Part shown: one piece after another, positions 38,916-52,969 of the stretch | Layout: the number at the start of each line of letters is the position of its first letter | Numbering within the stretch: position 1 is the stretch's first letter | From: Eledone cirrhosa | Taxonomy: Eukaryota | DNA length: 64,000 nt | Direction of reading: 5' to 3' | Assembly (NCBI GenBank): GCA_964016885.1 | Contig: OZ024766.1 | Coordinates: 8,618,001-8,682,000 of the forward strand | The notes under the pieces: model-generated | The model's database searches: none | What the model was told of the DNA's origin: nothing | The model's input: the letters and a program-made list of their open reading frames with translations, nothing else | Translations under genes and position numbers: made by a program

Positions 38916-39751
38916 CTGTAGAGAGAGAGAGAGTGAGAGGTGTGTGTGTGAGTGAGAGGTGAGTGGGAGAGAGGTGTGAGTGAGAGAGAGAGAGAGGTGA
39001 GTGTGTGAGTGAGTGAGAGAGGTGAGTGTGAGTGAGAGAGAGAGGTGAGTGTGAGTGAGAGAGAGAGAGGTGAGTGTGAGTGAGAGAGAGAGAGGTGAGT
39101 GTGAGTGAGAGAGAGAGGTGAGTGAGTGAGAGAGAGAGGTGAGTGAGTGAGAGAGAGAGAGGTGAGTGAGAGAGAGAGAGGTGAGTGTGAGAGAGAGGTG
39201 AGAGAGAGAGGTGAGTGAGAGAGAGAGGTGAGTGTGAAAGAGGGGTGAGTGAGAAAGAGGGGTGAGTGAGAGAGAGGGGTGAGTGAGAGAGAGAGGGGGT
39301 GAGTGTGAGAGAGAGGGGTGAGTGTGAGAGAGACGGGTGAGTGAGAGAGAGAGAGGCGGGTGAGTGAGAGAGAGAGAGGGGTGAGTGAGAGAGAGAGAGG
39401 GGTGAGTGAGAGAGAGAGAGAGAGGGGTGAGTGAGAGAGAGAGAGAGAGAGAGAGAGGGGTGAGTGAGAGAGAGAGAGGGGTGAGTGAGAGAGAGAGAGG
39501 TGATTGTGAGAGGTATACACATATTTATTAGAATGCTGTTGAGGTGTATATATATTTTTGGGGGAAACTATACATATATATATACATATATATATATAAT
39601 TGAAATATTTGGGGGACACTATACATATATATATACATATTTGGGGGACACTATACATATATATATACATATATATATACATATATATATATAATTGAAA
39701 TATTTCCTATGGAAACAACATTAATGAATTAATTATCTTATGTTGTTTATT

Positions 39752-39845
<94 letters not shown>

Positions 39846-40232
39846 CACATGGCTTAGTGGTTAGAGCATTGGCCTTGCAATCGAAAGGTTGTGAGTTCAA
39901 TTCTCAGACCGGGTGATGTGTTGTTTCCTTGAGCAAGACACTTTATTTCACATTGCTCCAGTTTACTCAGCTGTAGAAATGAGATGATAGGGACTGGGGT
40001 CCCTATCATTCCACTGCAAAGTGGTCGTGGAGGTGCCACGGCAAAAAAGCACCCAGCACTCACTGTAAAGTGGTCGTGGAGGTGCCATGGCCAAAAAGCC
40101 CCCAGCACTCACTGTAAATGAGGTTAGTGTTAGGAAGGGCATCCAGCTGTAGAAATCAAGCCAGTATCAGTTCCCGTCCCACCCTTGCAAGCAGGGAAAA
40201 CCGGACGTAAAATGATGATGATGATATATATA

Positions 40233-40310
40233 GAGGGTGTTCCCAAAAATGTATACACATATTTATTAGAATACTGTTGAGGTGTGTATACATTTTTGGG
40301 GGACACCCTG
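40233..40310. mobile_element. 78-bp Tc1/mariner-type MITE
   Basis: TIRs agggtgttcccaaaaatgtatacac / gtgtatacatttttgggggacaccct flanked by TA; degenerate relative at 39510-39655. Confidence 0.7.
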
Positions 40311-41731
40311 TATATATATATATATATATATATACAGATATTTCTTTCTCTTTACACACATACACACTAGCACATATAAATACATATATACCATAATCAC
40401 CATCACCACCATCATCACCAACAACAACACCATCACCACCATCACCACCACCATCAACAACACTACCACCACCACCATCACCACCACCAACACCATCATC
40501 ATCGAGTGGCAGTGGGTCTGGAAAGACACCTGCTCCCACCACCACCACTAATAAAAACACTACCCCACCACCACCACACCACCACCACCACCACACCAAC
40601 ACCACCACTAATAAAAACACTACACCACCACCACCACACCACCACTACACCACCACCACACCAACACCACCACTAATAAAAACACTCCAACACCACCACC
40701 ACTACACCACCACCAACACCACCACACCTCCACCACCACCAATAAAAACACTACAACACCACCACCACTACACCACCACCAACACCACCACCACCAATAA
40801 AAACACTACAACACCACCACCACCAACACTACCACACCACCACCACCACCACCAACACTACCACACCACCACCACCACACCACACCACCACCACACCTCC
40901 ACCAACATCACTAATAAAAACACTCCAACACCACCACCACCAACACAACCACACCACCACCACCACACCACACCACCACCACACCTCCACCAACATCACT
41001 AATAAAAACACTCCAACACCACCAACACTACCACACCACCACCACCACCACCACCAACACTACCACACCACCACCACCACACCACCACCACACCTCCACC
41101 AACATCACTAATAAAAACACTCCAACACCACCAACACTACCACACCACCACCACCACACCACACCACCACCACACCTCCACCAACATCACTAATAAAAAC
41201 ACTCCAACACCACCAACACCACCACCACTACCACCACCACCACCACCACCACATGAATGGGAGGTGGGGGTGGAGTGGAGGGGGGGGGGGGAGCAGATTG
41301 AATCAAAAGTAATAAAAAAAACCAGATAAATTGTACAATGTGTAATTGGTCTAATTTTTAACGAAGTAGGTTCGTTAAAGATAATGGAACTACTCTTAAT
41401 TAAATTAACGAGATATGATTGATGGTTTGTAAACACTTACACATACATATACACATACATACATGTATATATATATGTATATATACACACATATATACAT
41501 ACATATACACACAAAAATGTGTGTCCCTCTCTCTCTCTCTATATATATATATATACATATATACACACACACATATATATATATGTATATATATATGTAG
41601 GAGGTGAGTTTTATTGTAGCACAATAAAGCAATGCAAATATCGGATAAGTAGCACTCAACAGTTTATAGGACTGGAGTATAAATAATATAATATAATATA
41701 ACCATCTTTTAACCATCTTTTGATCTTATAT

Positions 41732-41797
<66 letters not shown>

Positions 41798-41798
<1 letters not shown>

Positions 41799-42408
41799 GG
41801 TGGCTGCCAACTCGTTTTCGAGTACGGCCACTACTTTATATCCATGTAGGAGAACCCCTACCGATGCGCTGAACGAGTGTGACTTTTCAGTCCGGCCAGC
41901 GACTTGAAAACCCCGGTACAAACACTACACTTGTGACAATTATTGACACATAGTGCTGGGCCCATGGTACCATGTGAGGACAAGTGCAGAGAGATCTCCA
42001 GATATAAAGCAATGCCTGTGCTGTGAAGCTTTTATAGTGAGCAAAGGCACTGCACAAAGCCAGTCCCACTCTCTTAACCAAGATGATATTTACCAAAAAG
42101 AAGAACAAGTCAACATCATTGGATACCATCAGGGTTGCAGGTGTTATATCAGAGTTTTCCTTCTCCTAGAATTCTGCCTTGACAAAGGCTAAGGGGTCAT
42201 CTCTCCTGGTGATTTTGGATGGCCATTGACTCTTAAGAGCTCCTTTGCCCTTTGACAGGTTTTGTTTTTAGTCCTGCAGGATGTCTAAAGTCACCCTCCT
42301 CACCAAGAAACCTTGGTGGGGTTGCCAGTTTAGTCGCCAACGACCCGACCATGGGACAGGTTGTACTGGGATACATGTTACCAGTAGCACCAACTGGTGA
42401 CCTGACAT
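41798..42408 (-). mobile_element. ~600-bp non-autonomous interspersed repeat; copies at 53487-54080, 33307-33588, 48171-48250
   Basis: Near-identical dispersed copies in (TA)n sharing the end aaaacgagttggcagccacc; part resembles RTE 5'UTRs. Confidence 0.75.
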
Positions 42409-42447
42409 AATATATATATATATATATATACATACATACATATATAT

Positions 42448-42510
<63 letters not shown>

Positions 42511-42683
42511 AGTACGTAAGACCCCGACGGCTGAGCTCAAGCCGTTTCGACGGCTAATTCCGTCGAAACGGCTTGAGCTCAGCCGTCGGGGTCTTACTTA
42601 GTCCTATTACCCACTCTACTACCCTAAGTATTGAGTACTTTGGTGCGTTATGGTCCATCTGGTTCCTTACCACTTTTCCCTCG

Positions 42684-42717
<34 letters not shown>

Positions 42718-43719
42718 TCATCATCATAATCATCACCGTTTTACGTCCGTTCTTCCACGCTAGCATGGGTTAGACGAGAGTTGTCCCACTTGAGGCAAGG
42801 TTTAGTCGGGTGACCGTGTCTCGCTTGTATAGGACTGTCTGGCGGGTTTTCTACGGCTGGATGCCCTTCCTAACACCAACCGCATTTACAGTGTGGTGAT
42901 GAAGGTGGTGGTGGTATGGTGATGTTGATGGCATTGTGTTGGCTGTGGTACTGGTGTGGTGATAGTAGTGGTATGGTTGTAGTTGTAGTGGTGGTGGTAG
43001 TGGTGGTGGTAGTGGTGTTACCTCCTCCAATATTGTGGATAGCAAAATATTAATTAATTAATTAATTAAATATTCATTTAATTAATTAATAAGTGTACAA
43101 TACAAGATAAAGGGGAATTAGGTGGTGGTAGTGGTGGTGGTGTAGTGGTGGTGGTGTAGTGGTGGTGAGATAGAAATATTTACATGTATAGAGAGAGGGT
43201 GATGGTGGTGGTGTAGTGGTGGTAGTGGTGGTGGAGAGATAGACACACACACACATAGAGAGAGAGAGAGAGAGAGAGTGTAGTAGTGGTGGTGTGGTGT
43301 GTTGTTGCTGTTGTTGTGGTGGTAGTGTTGGTTGTAGTAGTGGTAGTGGAGAGCTAGATACACACATATATAATATATATATATAAAGAGAGAGAGAGAG
43401 ATGGTGGTGGTGTTGTAGTAGTTGTGGTGGTGGTGTAGTAGTTGTGGTGGTGGTGGTGGTGTTGTAGTAGTTGTGGTGGTGGTGGTGTTGTTGTTGTTGG
43501 TGGTGGTGTTGTTGGTGGTTGTGGTTTTGCTGTTTGTGTTGTTGTTCTGCTAATATTAGTGATGGTATGAGTGGTGCTGGTGTTGATTGTAGTAGTGATT
43601 GTGGTGTGGTGGTTGTGGTGCTGATGTCCTTGTTGGTGTTGTCATGCTGTTGTTGTTGTTGTTTACTTGTAGGTCAACTCTGACCAATTTGATCTGAGAT
43701 CAAAGGGAATACAGAGTGG

Positions 43720-44397
43720 AACTTCACACAGTCTGAGCTCAAGTCATCTATCAGCTAAAATGACTCTCCCATGATGTAATTAATTTAGTCTCAACACACA
43801 GCCTCAGCTCAAGTCATCTATCAGCTAAAATGACTCTCCCATGATGTAATTAATTTAGTCTCAACACACAGTCTCAGATCAAGTCACCAGTCAGCTAAAA
43901 TGACTCTCCCATGATGTAATTAATTTAGTCTCATCACACAGTCTCAGCTCAAGTCATCTATTATCTAAAATGACTCTCCGATGATGTAATTACTTTAGTC
44001 TCAACACACAGTCTCAGATCAAGTCATCTGCCAGACATGTACAACTGTAGCTAAAATGACTCTCGCACAATGTAATTCTTTTAGTTTCAACACACAATCT
44101 CAGATCAAGTCATCTGCCAGACATGTACAACTGTAGCTAAAATGACTCTCCCACAATGTAATTCTTTTAGTTTCAACACAACACACAATCTCAGATCAAG
44201 TCACTTGCCAGACATGTACAACTGTAGCTAAAATGACTCTCCCACAATGTAATTCTTTTAGTTTCAACACAACACACAGTCTCAGATCAAGTCACCTGCC
44301 AGACATGTACAACTGTAGCTAAAATGACTCTCCCACAATGTAATTCTTTTAGTTTCAACACAACACACAATCTCAGATCAAGTCATCTGCCAGACAA
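43720..44397. repeat. ~86-91-bp minisatellite (~8 copies)
   Basis: agctaaaatgactctccc...ctcagatcaagtca repeated. Confidence 0.85.
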
Positions 44398-45406
44398 GTG
44401 CAAAGAAATAAAAGCAAGCTGGCATATATTTTGTTTTTAGTTAAACCAAATTTCTTAGTCTCAGATTATATTTCAAAATTACATATTTTATTTCACTATT
44501 ATAAACAGGGAAGACTGTCAGAGTTAGGGTGGCGATATCTATTACATAAAATGTAGAACAGTTATTTTTTTCAAAGAGCACAGCATTGTGTTAAAATATA
44601 GACGAACATATAAGTTCTTCAGGGGCTATAGAGGAAAGCAGACAGGAAGGTTTTATATTAGTTTGTTCATGAGTTGGATGGCCTTCATTGGGGAAATATT
44701 TGATGATGTATAGAATTTTGTTTGAATTGGTTTCAACACACTGGGAATATACATATCATATTATGTCTGCTTTTCCTTGCTTGCAAGGCTGGGACAGGCC
44801 CTATTCAGCACATCATCTCTCCACTTGTCAGACACGTAAGACAACTGCCAGCATGTAAGACAAACAATAATTCAAAGCTCAAATATGATTTTATAGTCCA
44901 CAAGGTAGGTAAAAGACAGATCAGAGTTTAATCCAAACAGTTAATTTCATGTCACAGTAGTTTTACAATTTAATTTAAATCCTGATTATTCTTTTCCCTA
45001 TTTGTCTTCAAGAAACCACTGGTAAATGAAATAATTATCTTATGTTGTTTATTACATAACTATATGTGTAGGCAACACGGTAAAAACCTCCCAGTCCCAC
45101 ACTGTAAATGTGGTTGGTGTTAGGAAGGGCATCCAGCTGTAGAAAACCCGCCAGACAGTCCTATGCGAGCAAGACAACCACTCTTGCCTCAAGTGGGAAA
45201 ACCCCCGTCCAAACCCATGCAAGCGTGGAACAGGGACGTTAAACGGTGATGATGATGATGATATATATATATGTAGAAGTTCTATTTAAATTGTTGGGAT
45301 ACAACAAGCAAATATTTTTATAACTGATATAAAGCACTCAACAAATTATTGGAGTAAAAATACGATATATTAACAAATGGAAACTATATTTAAAAAACCA
45401 TATTTA

Positions 45407-45467
45407 TTTCATTATACATATTTCAAGGACACCAAGTTAAATTATGGTGTGCTTTCATCAGATAAAA
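45407..45467 (-). ncRNA. Minimal type I hammerhead ribozyme motif
   Basis: TTTTAT-CTGATGA-AAGcACACCA..TGGTGTcCTT-GAA-ATATGTAT-A|ATGAAA. Confidence 0.75.
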
Positions 45468-45770
45468 TATAATATAGAGCAGTTTTATAAATAAATATTG
45501 ACATACCCTGAAAGAATGCGACCATATATATATATATATCATCATCACCATTTTACATCCGCTTTTTCCCTGCTTGCAAGGGTGGGACGGGAACTGATTC
45601 TGGCTTGATTTCTACAGCTGGATGCCCTTCCTAACACCAACCTCATTTACAGTGAGTGCTGGGTGCTTTTTTGCCGTGGCACCTCCACGACCACTTTAGA
45701 GTGAGTGGTGGGTGCTTTTTTGCCGTGGCACCTCCACGACCATTTTGCAGTGGAATGATAGGGACCCCAG

Positions 45771-45815
<45 letters not shown>

Positions 45816-45944
45816 AAGGTTAAACAAGGTTCAATGAATAAAGTTTCACAATAGATTAGAAGCACTCCACAGTCACGGTTTTCCGGAGTTATTAATATTA
45901 ATTCAAAATATTAACAAATATAGACATTCGTGTGATCAAGTATA

Positions 45945-46007
45945 TTTTATTATACATATTTCAGAGGTACTGAGCTATCTTCAACAGTACGTCCTCATCA
46001 GATGAAA
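45945..46007 (-). ncRNA. Minimal type I hammerhead motif (left arm of palindrome 45890-46225)
   Basis: TTTCAT-CTGATGA-GGAcGTACTG..CAGTACcTCT-GAA-ATATGTAT-A|ATAAAA. Confidence 0.72.
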
Positions 46008-46110
46008 TAATATGATGCTTGACATACCTTGACTATGTAGATGGTTAAAATTACTGCCATGACTGAATTTTAACCATCTACTTAGTCAGGGTATGTCATG
46101 CATCATCTTA

Positions 46111-46173
46111 TTTTATCTGATGAGGACGTACTGTTGAAGATAGCTCAGTACCTCTGAAATATGTATAATAAAA
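46111..46173 (+). ncRNA. Minimal type I hammerhead motif (right arm)
   Basis: TTTTAT-CTGATGA-stem II-GAAATATGTATA|ATAAAA; perfect 6-bp stem I. Confidence 0.75.
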
Positions 46174-46834
46174 TATACTTGATCACACGAATGTATATAT
46201 TTGTTAATATTTTGAATTAATATATATATTCCGACCTCACACACTTACACCTCTCCAAGACAATGTCACTGGACCGAGATCTTTGGCGCTACACAGTAAC
46301 AGAGAAGACCCGCCTTACCTAAGTGCAAAGTGAAACCTACTACAGTCAGTAGGCAGCTCTAACAAAAATACACCCCCGTCCCACTACCCCCTTCAATGTA
46401 AAGTTATGTTGGTACCACAACATCCAGTCCGAAACAAATGAGGTCGTGTAGGTGTCACGACAAAAAAAACACACAGTCCACGCTGTAGTGTGGCCGTGTA
46501 GGTAACACGGTAAAAACCTGCCAGCCCCACACTGTAAATGTGGTTGGTGTTAGGAAGGGCATCCAGCCGTAGAAAACCCGCCAGACAGTCCTATGCGAGC
46601 AAGACAACCACTCTTGCCTCAAGTGGGAAAACTCCCGTCCAAACCCATGCAAGCGTGGAAGATGGACGTTAAACGATGATGATGTATATATGTATATATA
46701 ATCATCATTGTTTAATGTCCATTTTCCACGCTTGCATGGGTTAGATGGGTTGTCATGTTATGAGACAAAGTCAGATGAGGTAACCATGTCTTGCTCATAC
46801 AAATCAGTATATATATATATATATATACACATAC

Positions 46835-46865
<31 letters not shown>

Positions 46866-46916
46866 CATACATATATATATATACATACATACCTATATAT
46901 ATACATACATATATAT

Positions 46917-46955
<39 letters not shown>

Positions 46956-47027
46956 CATGTATGTATATATATATATATATATATACATACATGTATGTAT
47001 ATATATATATATATATATACATACATG

Positions 47028-47080
<53 letters not shown>

Positions 47081-47091
47081 AATATAGATGA

Positions 47092-47140
47092 GATTCTACA
47101 GGACTAGAACTGTTTCATTCTTTAGAAATCATCAGGAATC
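47092..47140 (-). ncRNA. Type I hammerhead motif in the near-perfect palindrome 47077-47199
   Basis: GATTC-CTGATGA-tTTCtaaaGAAt-GAA-ACAG ttctagtc CTGT-A|GAATC. Confidence 0.65.
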
Positions 47141-47266
47141 CTGATGATTTCTAAAGAATGAAACAGTTCTAGTCCTGTAGAATCTCATCTATATTAAAAC
47201 TTTTATACTCTGCAATGTATTGAGTACCTTACTTACTGTAGTTACCTCCGATTCAACCCGGAATAA

Positions 47267-47412
<146 letters not shown>

Positions 47413-47550
47413 CATACAACTAAATGTATTGTAATCTGTACATCGTGACACAGATACATGTATATATATATATATATATAACTGTTGTTACACACTTAAC
47501 ATATATATATATGTGTGTGTGTGTGTATATATATATGTATATATACATAT

Positions 47551-47954
<404 letters not shown>

Positions 47955-48046
47955 ATATATGTATATATATATATATATATAAGTGTATCATCATGGGAGC
48001 CATCAGCCTTGGTCACAGGTGTATGAGTTGATTTCACTGACTCAAG

Positions 48047-48083
<37 letters not shown>

Positions 48084-48403
48084 CATATAGACACACATAT
48101 ATATGCATGTATATATATATATGTACATATGTGCCTAGACATATTTACACACCCATATACATATATATATGGTGGCTGCCAACTTGTTTTCGAGTACGGC
48201 CACTACATTATATCCATGTAGGAGACCCCCTACCGATGCGCTGAACGAGATAAAATATAATATAGATCAGTTTTATAAATAAATATTGACATACCCTTAA
48301 AGAATGCAACCATTTCTGTTGGAACCCCAATAATTTGTTGAGTGCTTTATATCAGTTATAAAAATATTTGCTTGTTGTATCCCAACAATTTAAATATAAC
48401 TTC

Positions 48404-48446
<43 letters not shown>

Positions 48447-48630
48447 CGAAGGAAATGTGGTAAGGAACCAGGTGGACCATAACGCACCAAAGTACTCAAT
48501 ACTTGAGGTAGTAGAGTGGGTAATAGGAACCAGTAGGACCCCGACGGCTGAGCTCAAGCCGTTTCGATGGCTAATTCGGCTGAATTAGCCGTCGAAACGG
48601 CTTGAGCTCAGCTGTCGGGGTCTTACTGGT

Positions 48631-48667
<37 letters not shown>

Positions 48668-48820
48668 TAAGATGTATGGTAGGTCGTATGTGAATCGCGA
48701 TGATCACGTCTGACCTACCAAATATGCGATGGTAGCTAGTTAAGCTCTATGCGTATACGCAGAGCAGAAATATTAATGAAAAAGAACAAAGGAACTATTA
48801 TGACATTATAACAAGTTTAT

Positions 48821-48867
48821 TGCCGACAGCCGTTTCGTCCGACCCCATGGTGGGACTTATCAAGGCA
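48821..48867 (-). ncRNA. Minimal type I hammerhead with U3-A8 core variant
   Basis: TGCC-TTGATAA-GTCC..GGAC-GAAACGGCTGTC|GGCA. Confidence 0.7.
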
Positions 48868-48968
48868 TATAACATGTGATTGCAAGATCATTGTTTACAT
48901 CAACGTATCACTCAAGGCTAGCAGTTTGAAATTGTGGTATACATCAGCAACCCCGCTTGTGTAGTTGG

Positions 48969-49007
<39 letters not shown>

Positions 49008-49306
49008 CGTAGTTTAGAAAGCCACAACAATGCAGAGGGGAAATCTCGAGGTAGGAAGTGAATGATAGATAGGAGAAATAGGAGAAAGTGAAAATTGAGA
49101 GAGACAAAGATGAAAACAAAACAAAGGTAGAAGGGTTACCGTAGTGGAGATTTAATCCCAATATTTCGGGCTCACGCCCATCAACGGGGGAAAGTTCCAA
49201 AAAGGGGGGGAACAGGCTAAGCCGGAGAAAGTTGTGGCATTGTTGTGGCTTTCTAAACTACGTATTTTACACATTTCACAATGCTTCAAGCAAACTTTAA
49301 CACCCT

Positions 49307-49381
<75 letters not shown>

Positions 49382-50545
49382 AGAAGTTATAGAGGCACAT
49401 GGCTTAGTGGGTTAGAGCATTGGCCTTGCAATCGAAAGGTTGTGAGTTCAATTCTCAGACCGGGTGATGTGTTGTTTCCTTGAACAAGATACTTTATTTC
49501 ACATTGCTCCAGTTTACTCAGCTGTAGAAATGAGATGATAGGGACTGGGGTCCCTATCATTCCACTGCAAAGTGGTTGTGGAGGTGCCACGGCAAAAAAA
49601 GCACCCAGCACTCACTGTAAATGAGGTTGGTGTTAGGAAGGGCATCCAGCTGTAGAAATCAAGCCAGAATCAGTTCTCGTCCCACCCTTGCAAGCAGGGG
49701 AAAGTGGACATAAAATGATGATGATGATGATGATGATGATATATATGGATTGATTCCACCATAGGAAAATCTGCTTCGTAGAATCGAGACGTATCCGAGG
49801 ATCTTGCGATTTTCAGAGTCAGGTTCGATCACCACATCGATCGTGCCTCGATAAATTTCTTCCGTCGCACCACTGATTCTCTTTCCTTCTGTGATATCAT
49901 ACTCTGCTCTATAAGGGCATTGAGTGCTCATACGGCCTACCGCATACGGACACTTTAAGCATCCAACACCAATTATATATATTTATATATATATATATAA
50001 TTGTTTCTACTTTTGGCACAAGGCCAGCAATTATCCCTGGTGTATTACTGTTACTTTATTTTATCGACCCCGTAAGGATGAAAGGCAAAGTTAACCTCGG
50101 CGGGATTTGAACTCAGACTGTAAAGGGACGTAACTCTTCTGGAAAGGATGGCGTCCGACCCTTACCGATACTGCCAATTCACCGCTCTTATAATATTATA
50201 TATATATATATATAATATTATATACATATAATATATATATATACATATAATATTATATATATATAATATTATATGTATATATATATAATATTATATACAT
50301 ATAATATTATATATATATATACATATATTATATATAGATAATATATAATATTATATATATATAATATTATATGTATATAATATATAATATTATATATATA
50401 TAATATTATATGTATATAATATTATATGTATATATATATATAATATTATATATATATAATATTATATGTATATATATATATATAATATTATATATATATA
50501 TACAATATTATATATATATATATATAATATTATATTATATATATA

Positions 50546-50608
<63 letters not shown>

Positions 50609-51036
50609 GTTTCTACTTTTGGCACAAGGCCAGCAATTACCCAGTGTATTACTGGTACTTTATTTTATCGACCCCGTAAGGTTGAAAGGCAAAGTTAACC
50701 TTGGCGAGATTCGAACTCAGACTGTAAAGGGCCGTAACTCTTTGCTGCAAAGCATGTGTCCGACCCTCTACCATACTGCCAATCCTATTCATACACGTAG
50801 GAACTTAAATAATATATATATTCCCGTCTAACCCAGTTAACGTGGAAGATGGCCGTTAAAATCATAAATGATAAATGTTATATATATGTCACACCTTTTG
50901 TTTTCCTTTTTCTGTGTGACACACCTATTATACAGATTTCAATACATTGTTATATACACACATATATATATATATATATCGTTTCTGAATTTGTTTAGCA
51001 AGATTCTTTATCTGAAATCGTGTGTTGAAACCGATA

Positions 51037-51586
51037 TTGTTATACTTTGGGAGGGTCATGTTGCCAATAAGAAACACACGCACCAGTTGCTTTCACTTCA
51101 ATTTATTATAATAAATTTATAAATTTCTGGTTGGTTGGTTGGTTCCACAACCAGATAGTTGTTTATATATTGTCATAGTTCTTTCGTCACACACTCTGTG
51201 ACCTCTTCAGTGACTGGGGATTCCTTTCTTTGTTTTTGTGCCTCTCCTTTGTTCTGTCCTACGCCATTTTGTTTCTGTGTGTGTGTTGTGCGCTCAGTCT
51301 GCGCATGCGCCACATCACACAACACACACACAGAAACAAAATGGCGTAGGACAGAACAAAGGAAAGGCACAGAAACAAAGAAAGGAATCCCCAGTCACTG
51401 AAGAGGTCACAGAGTGTGTGACGAAAGAACTATGACTATATATAAACAACTATCTGGTTGTGGAACCAACCAACCAACCAGAAATTTATAAATTTGTAAA
51501 TTTATAAATATATAATAAATTGAAGTGAAAGCAACTGGTGCGTGTGTTTCTTATTGGCAACATGACCCTCCCAAAGTATAACAATA
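51037..51586. mobile_element. ~550-bp fold-back element with a hammerhead in each arm (51172-51215 minus, 51393-51437 plus)
   Basis: Long inverted arms centred near 51305; AGTCA-CTGAAGA-g-GTCACA..TGTGAC-GAAAGAACTA|TGACT. Confidence 0.75.
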
Positions 51587-51805
51587 TATATATATATAAC
51601 GAAGGAGGTGTGGTAAAGAACCAGATGGACAATAACGCACCAGAGTACTCAATACTTAGGGTAGTAGAGCGGGTAATAGGAACAAGTATGAAGATATATG
51701 AAGATATATATATATATGAAGAGATATATATATATATGAAGAGATATATATATATATGAAGAGATATATATATATATGAAGAGATATATATATATATAAA
51801 TATGA

Positions 51806-51857
<52 letters not shown>

Positions 51858-51982
51858 TAAAATAACACCCTCTCTGGATTTTAGTCTTCAATTTTATTAT
51901 TATTACTATATATATATATATATATAAAGATATATATATATATATATGAAGATATATATATATATATAAAGATATATATATC

Positions 51983-52017
<35 letters not shown>

Positions 52018-52449
52018 TCATCACCGTTTTACGTCCGTTCTTCCACGCTAGCATGGGTTAGACGGGTTGTCCTGTTGAGGGCAGTGTCTGGTCGGCTGAC
52101 CATGCCTTGCTCATACAGGAACTGATTCTGGCTTGATTTCTACAGCTGGATGCCCTTCCTAACACCAACCTCATTTACAGTGAGTGCTGGGTGCTTTTTC
52201 GTGGCGCCTACACGTCCACTTTACAGTGTGGGCTGGGTGCTTTTTTGCCGTGGCACCTCCACGACCACCTTGCAGTGGGGGCATATTGTCTATATGCTTC
52301 AGCTTGTACCCATGGGAGGTCGGGTACTCTGTATTACTTGTGTGACGCCAGAGGTAGACGGTCATGTGTCATCGCCTTTGAGAGGTGTAATTCAAACCAA
52401 TGCTAGCGTGGAAGAACGGACGCAAAGCAGTGATGATGATATATATATC

Positions 52450-52484
<35 letters not shown>

Positions 52485-52499
52485 TCATATATATATATC

Positions 52500-52534
<35 letters not shown>

Positions 52535-52917
52535 ATAATGGGGGCACATGGCTTAGTGGTTAGAGCATTGGCCTTGCAAGTTCAATTCTCAGATCGGGTG
52601 ATGTGTTGTTTTCTTGAGCAAGACACTTTATTTCACATTACTCCAGTTTACTCAGCTGTAGAAATGAGATGATAGGGACTGGGGTCCCTATCATTCCACT
52701 GCAAAGTGGTCGTGGAGGTGCCACGGCAAAAAAGCACCCAGCACTCACTGTAAATGAGGTTGGTGTTAGGAAGGGCATCCAGCTGTAGAAATCAAGCCAG
52801 AATCAGTTCCCGTCCCACCCTTGCAAGCAGGGGAAAAGCGGACGTAAAATGAAATGATGATGATGATGATCTCTTCATATATATATATCTTCATATATAT
52901 ATATATATATATATCTC

Positions 52918-52969
<52 letters not shown>

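Noticed and set aside
49150-49195. Minus-strand GGGC-gtga-GCCC-GAAA hammerhead-like motif within short inverted repeats
   Set aside because: The core CCGTTGA has two deviations including A6; too degenerate.
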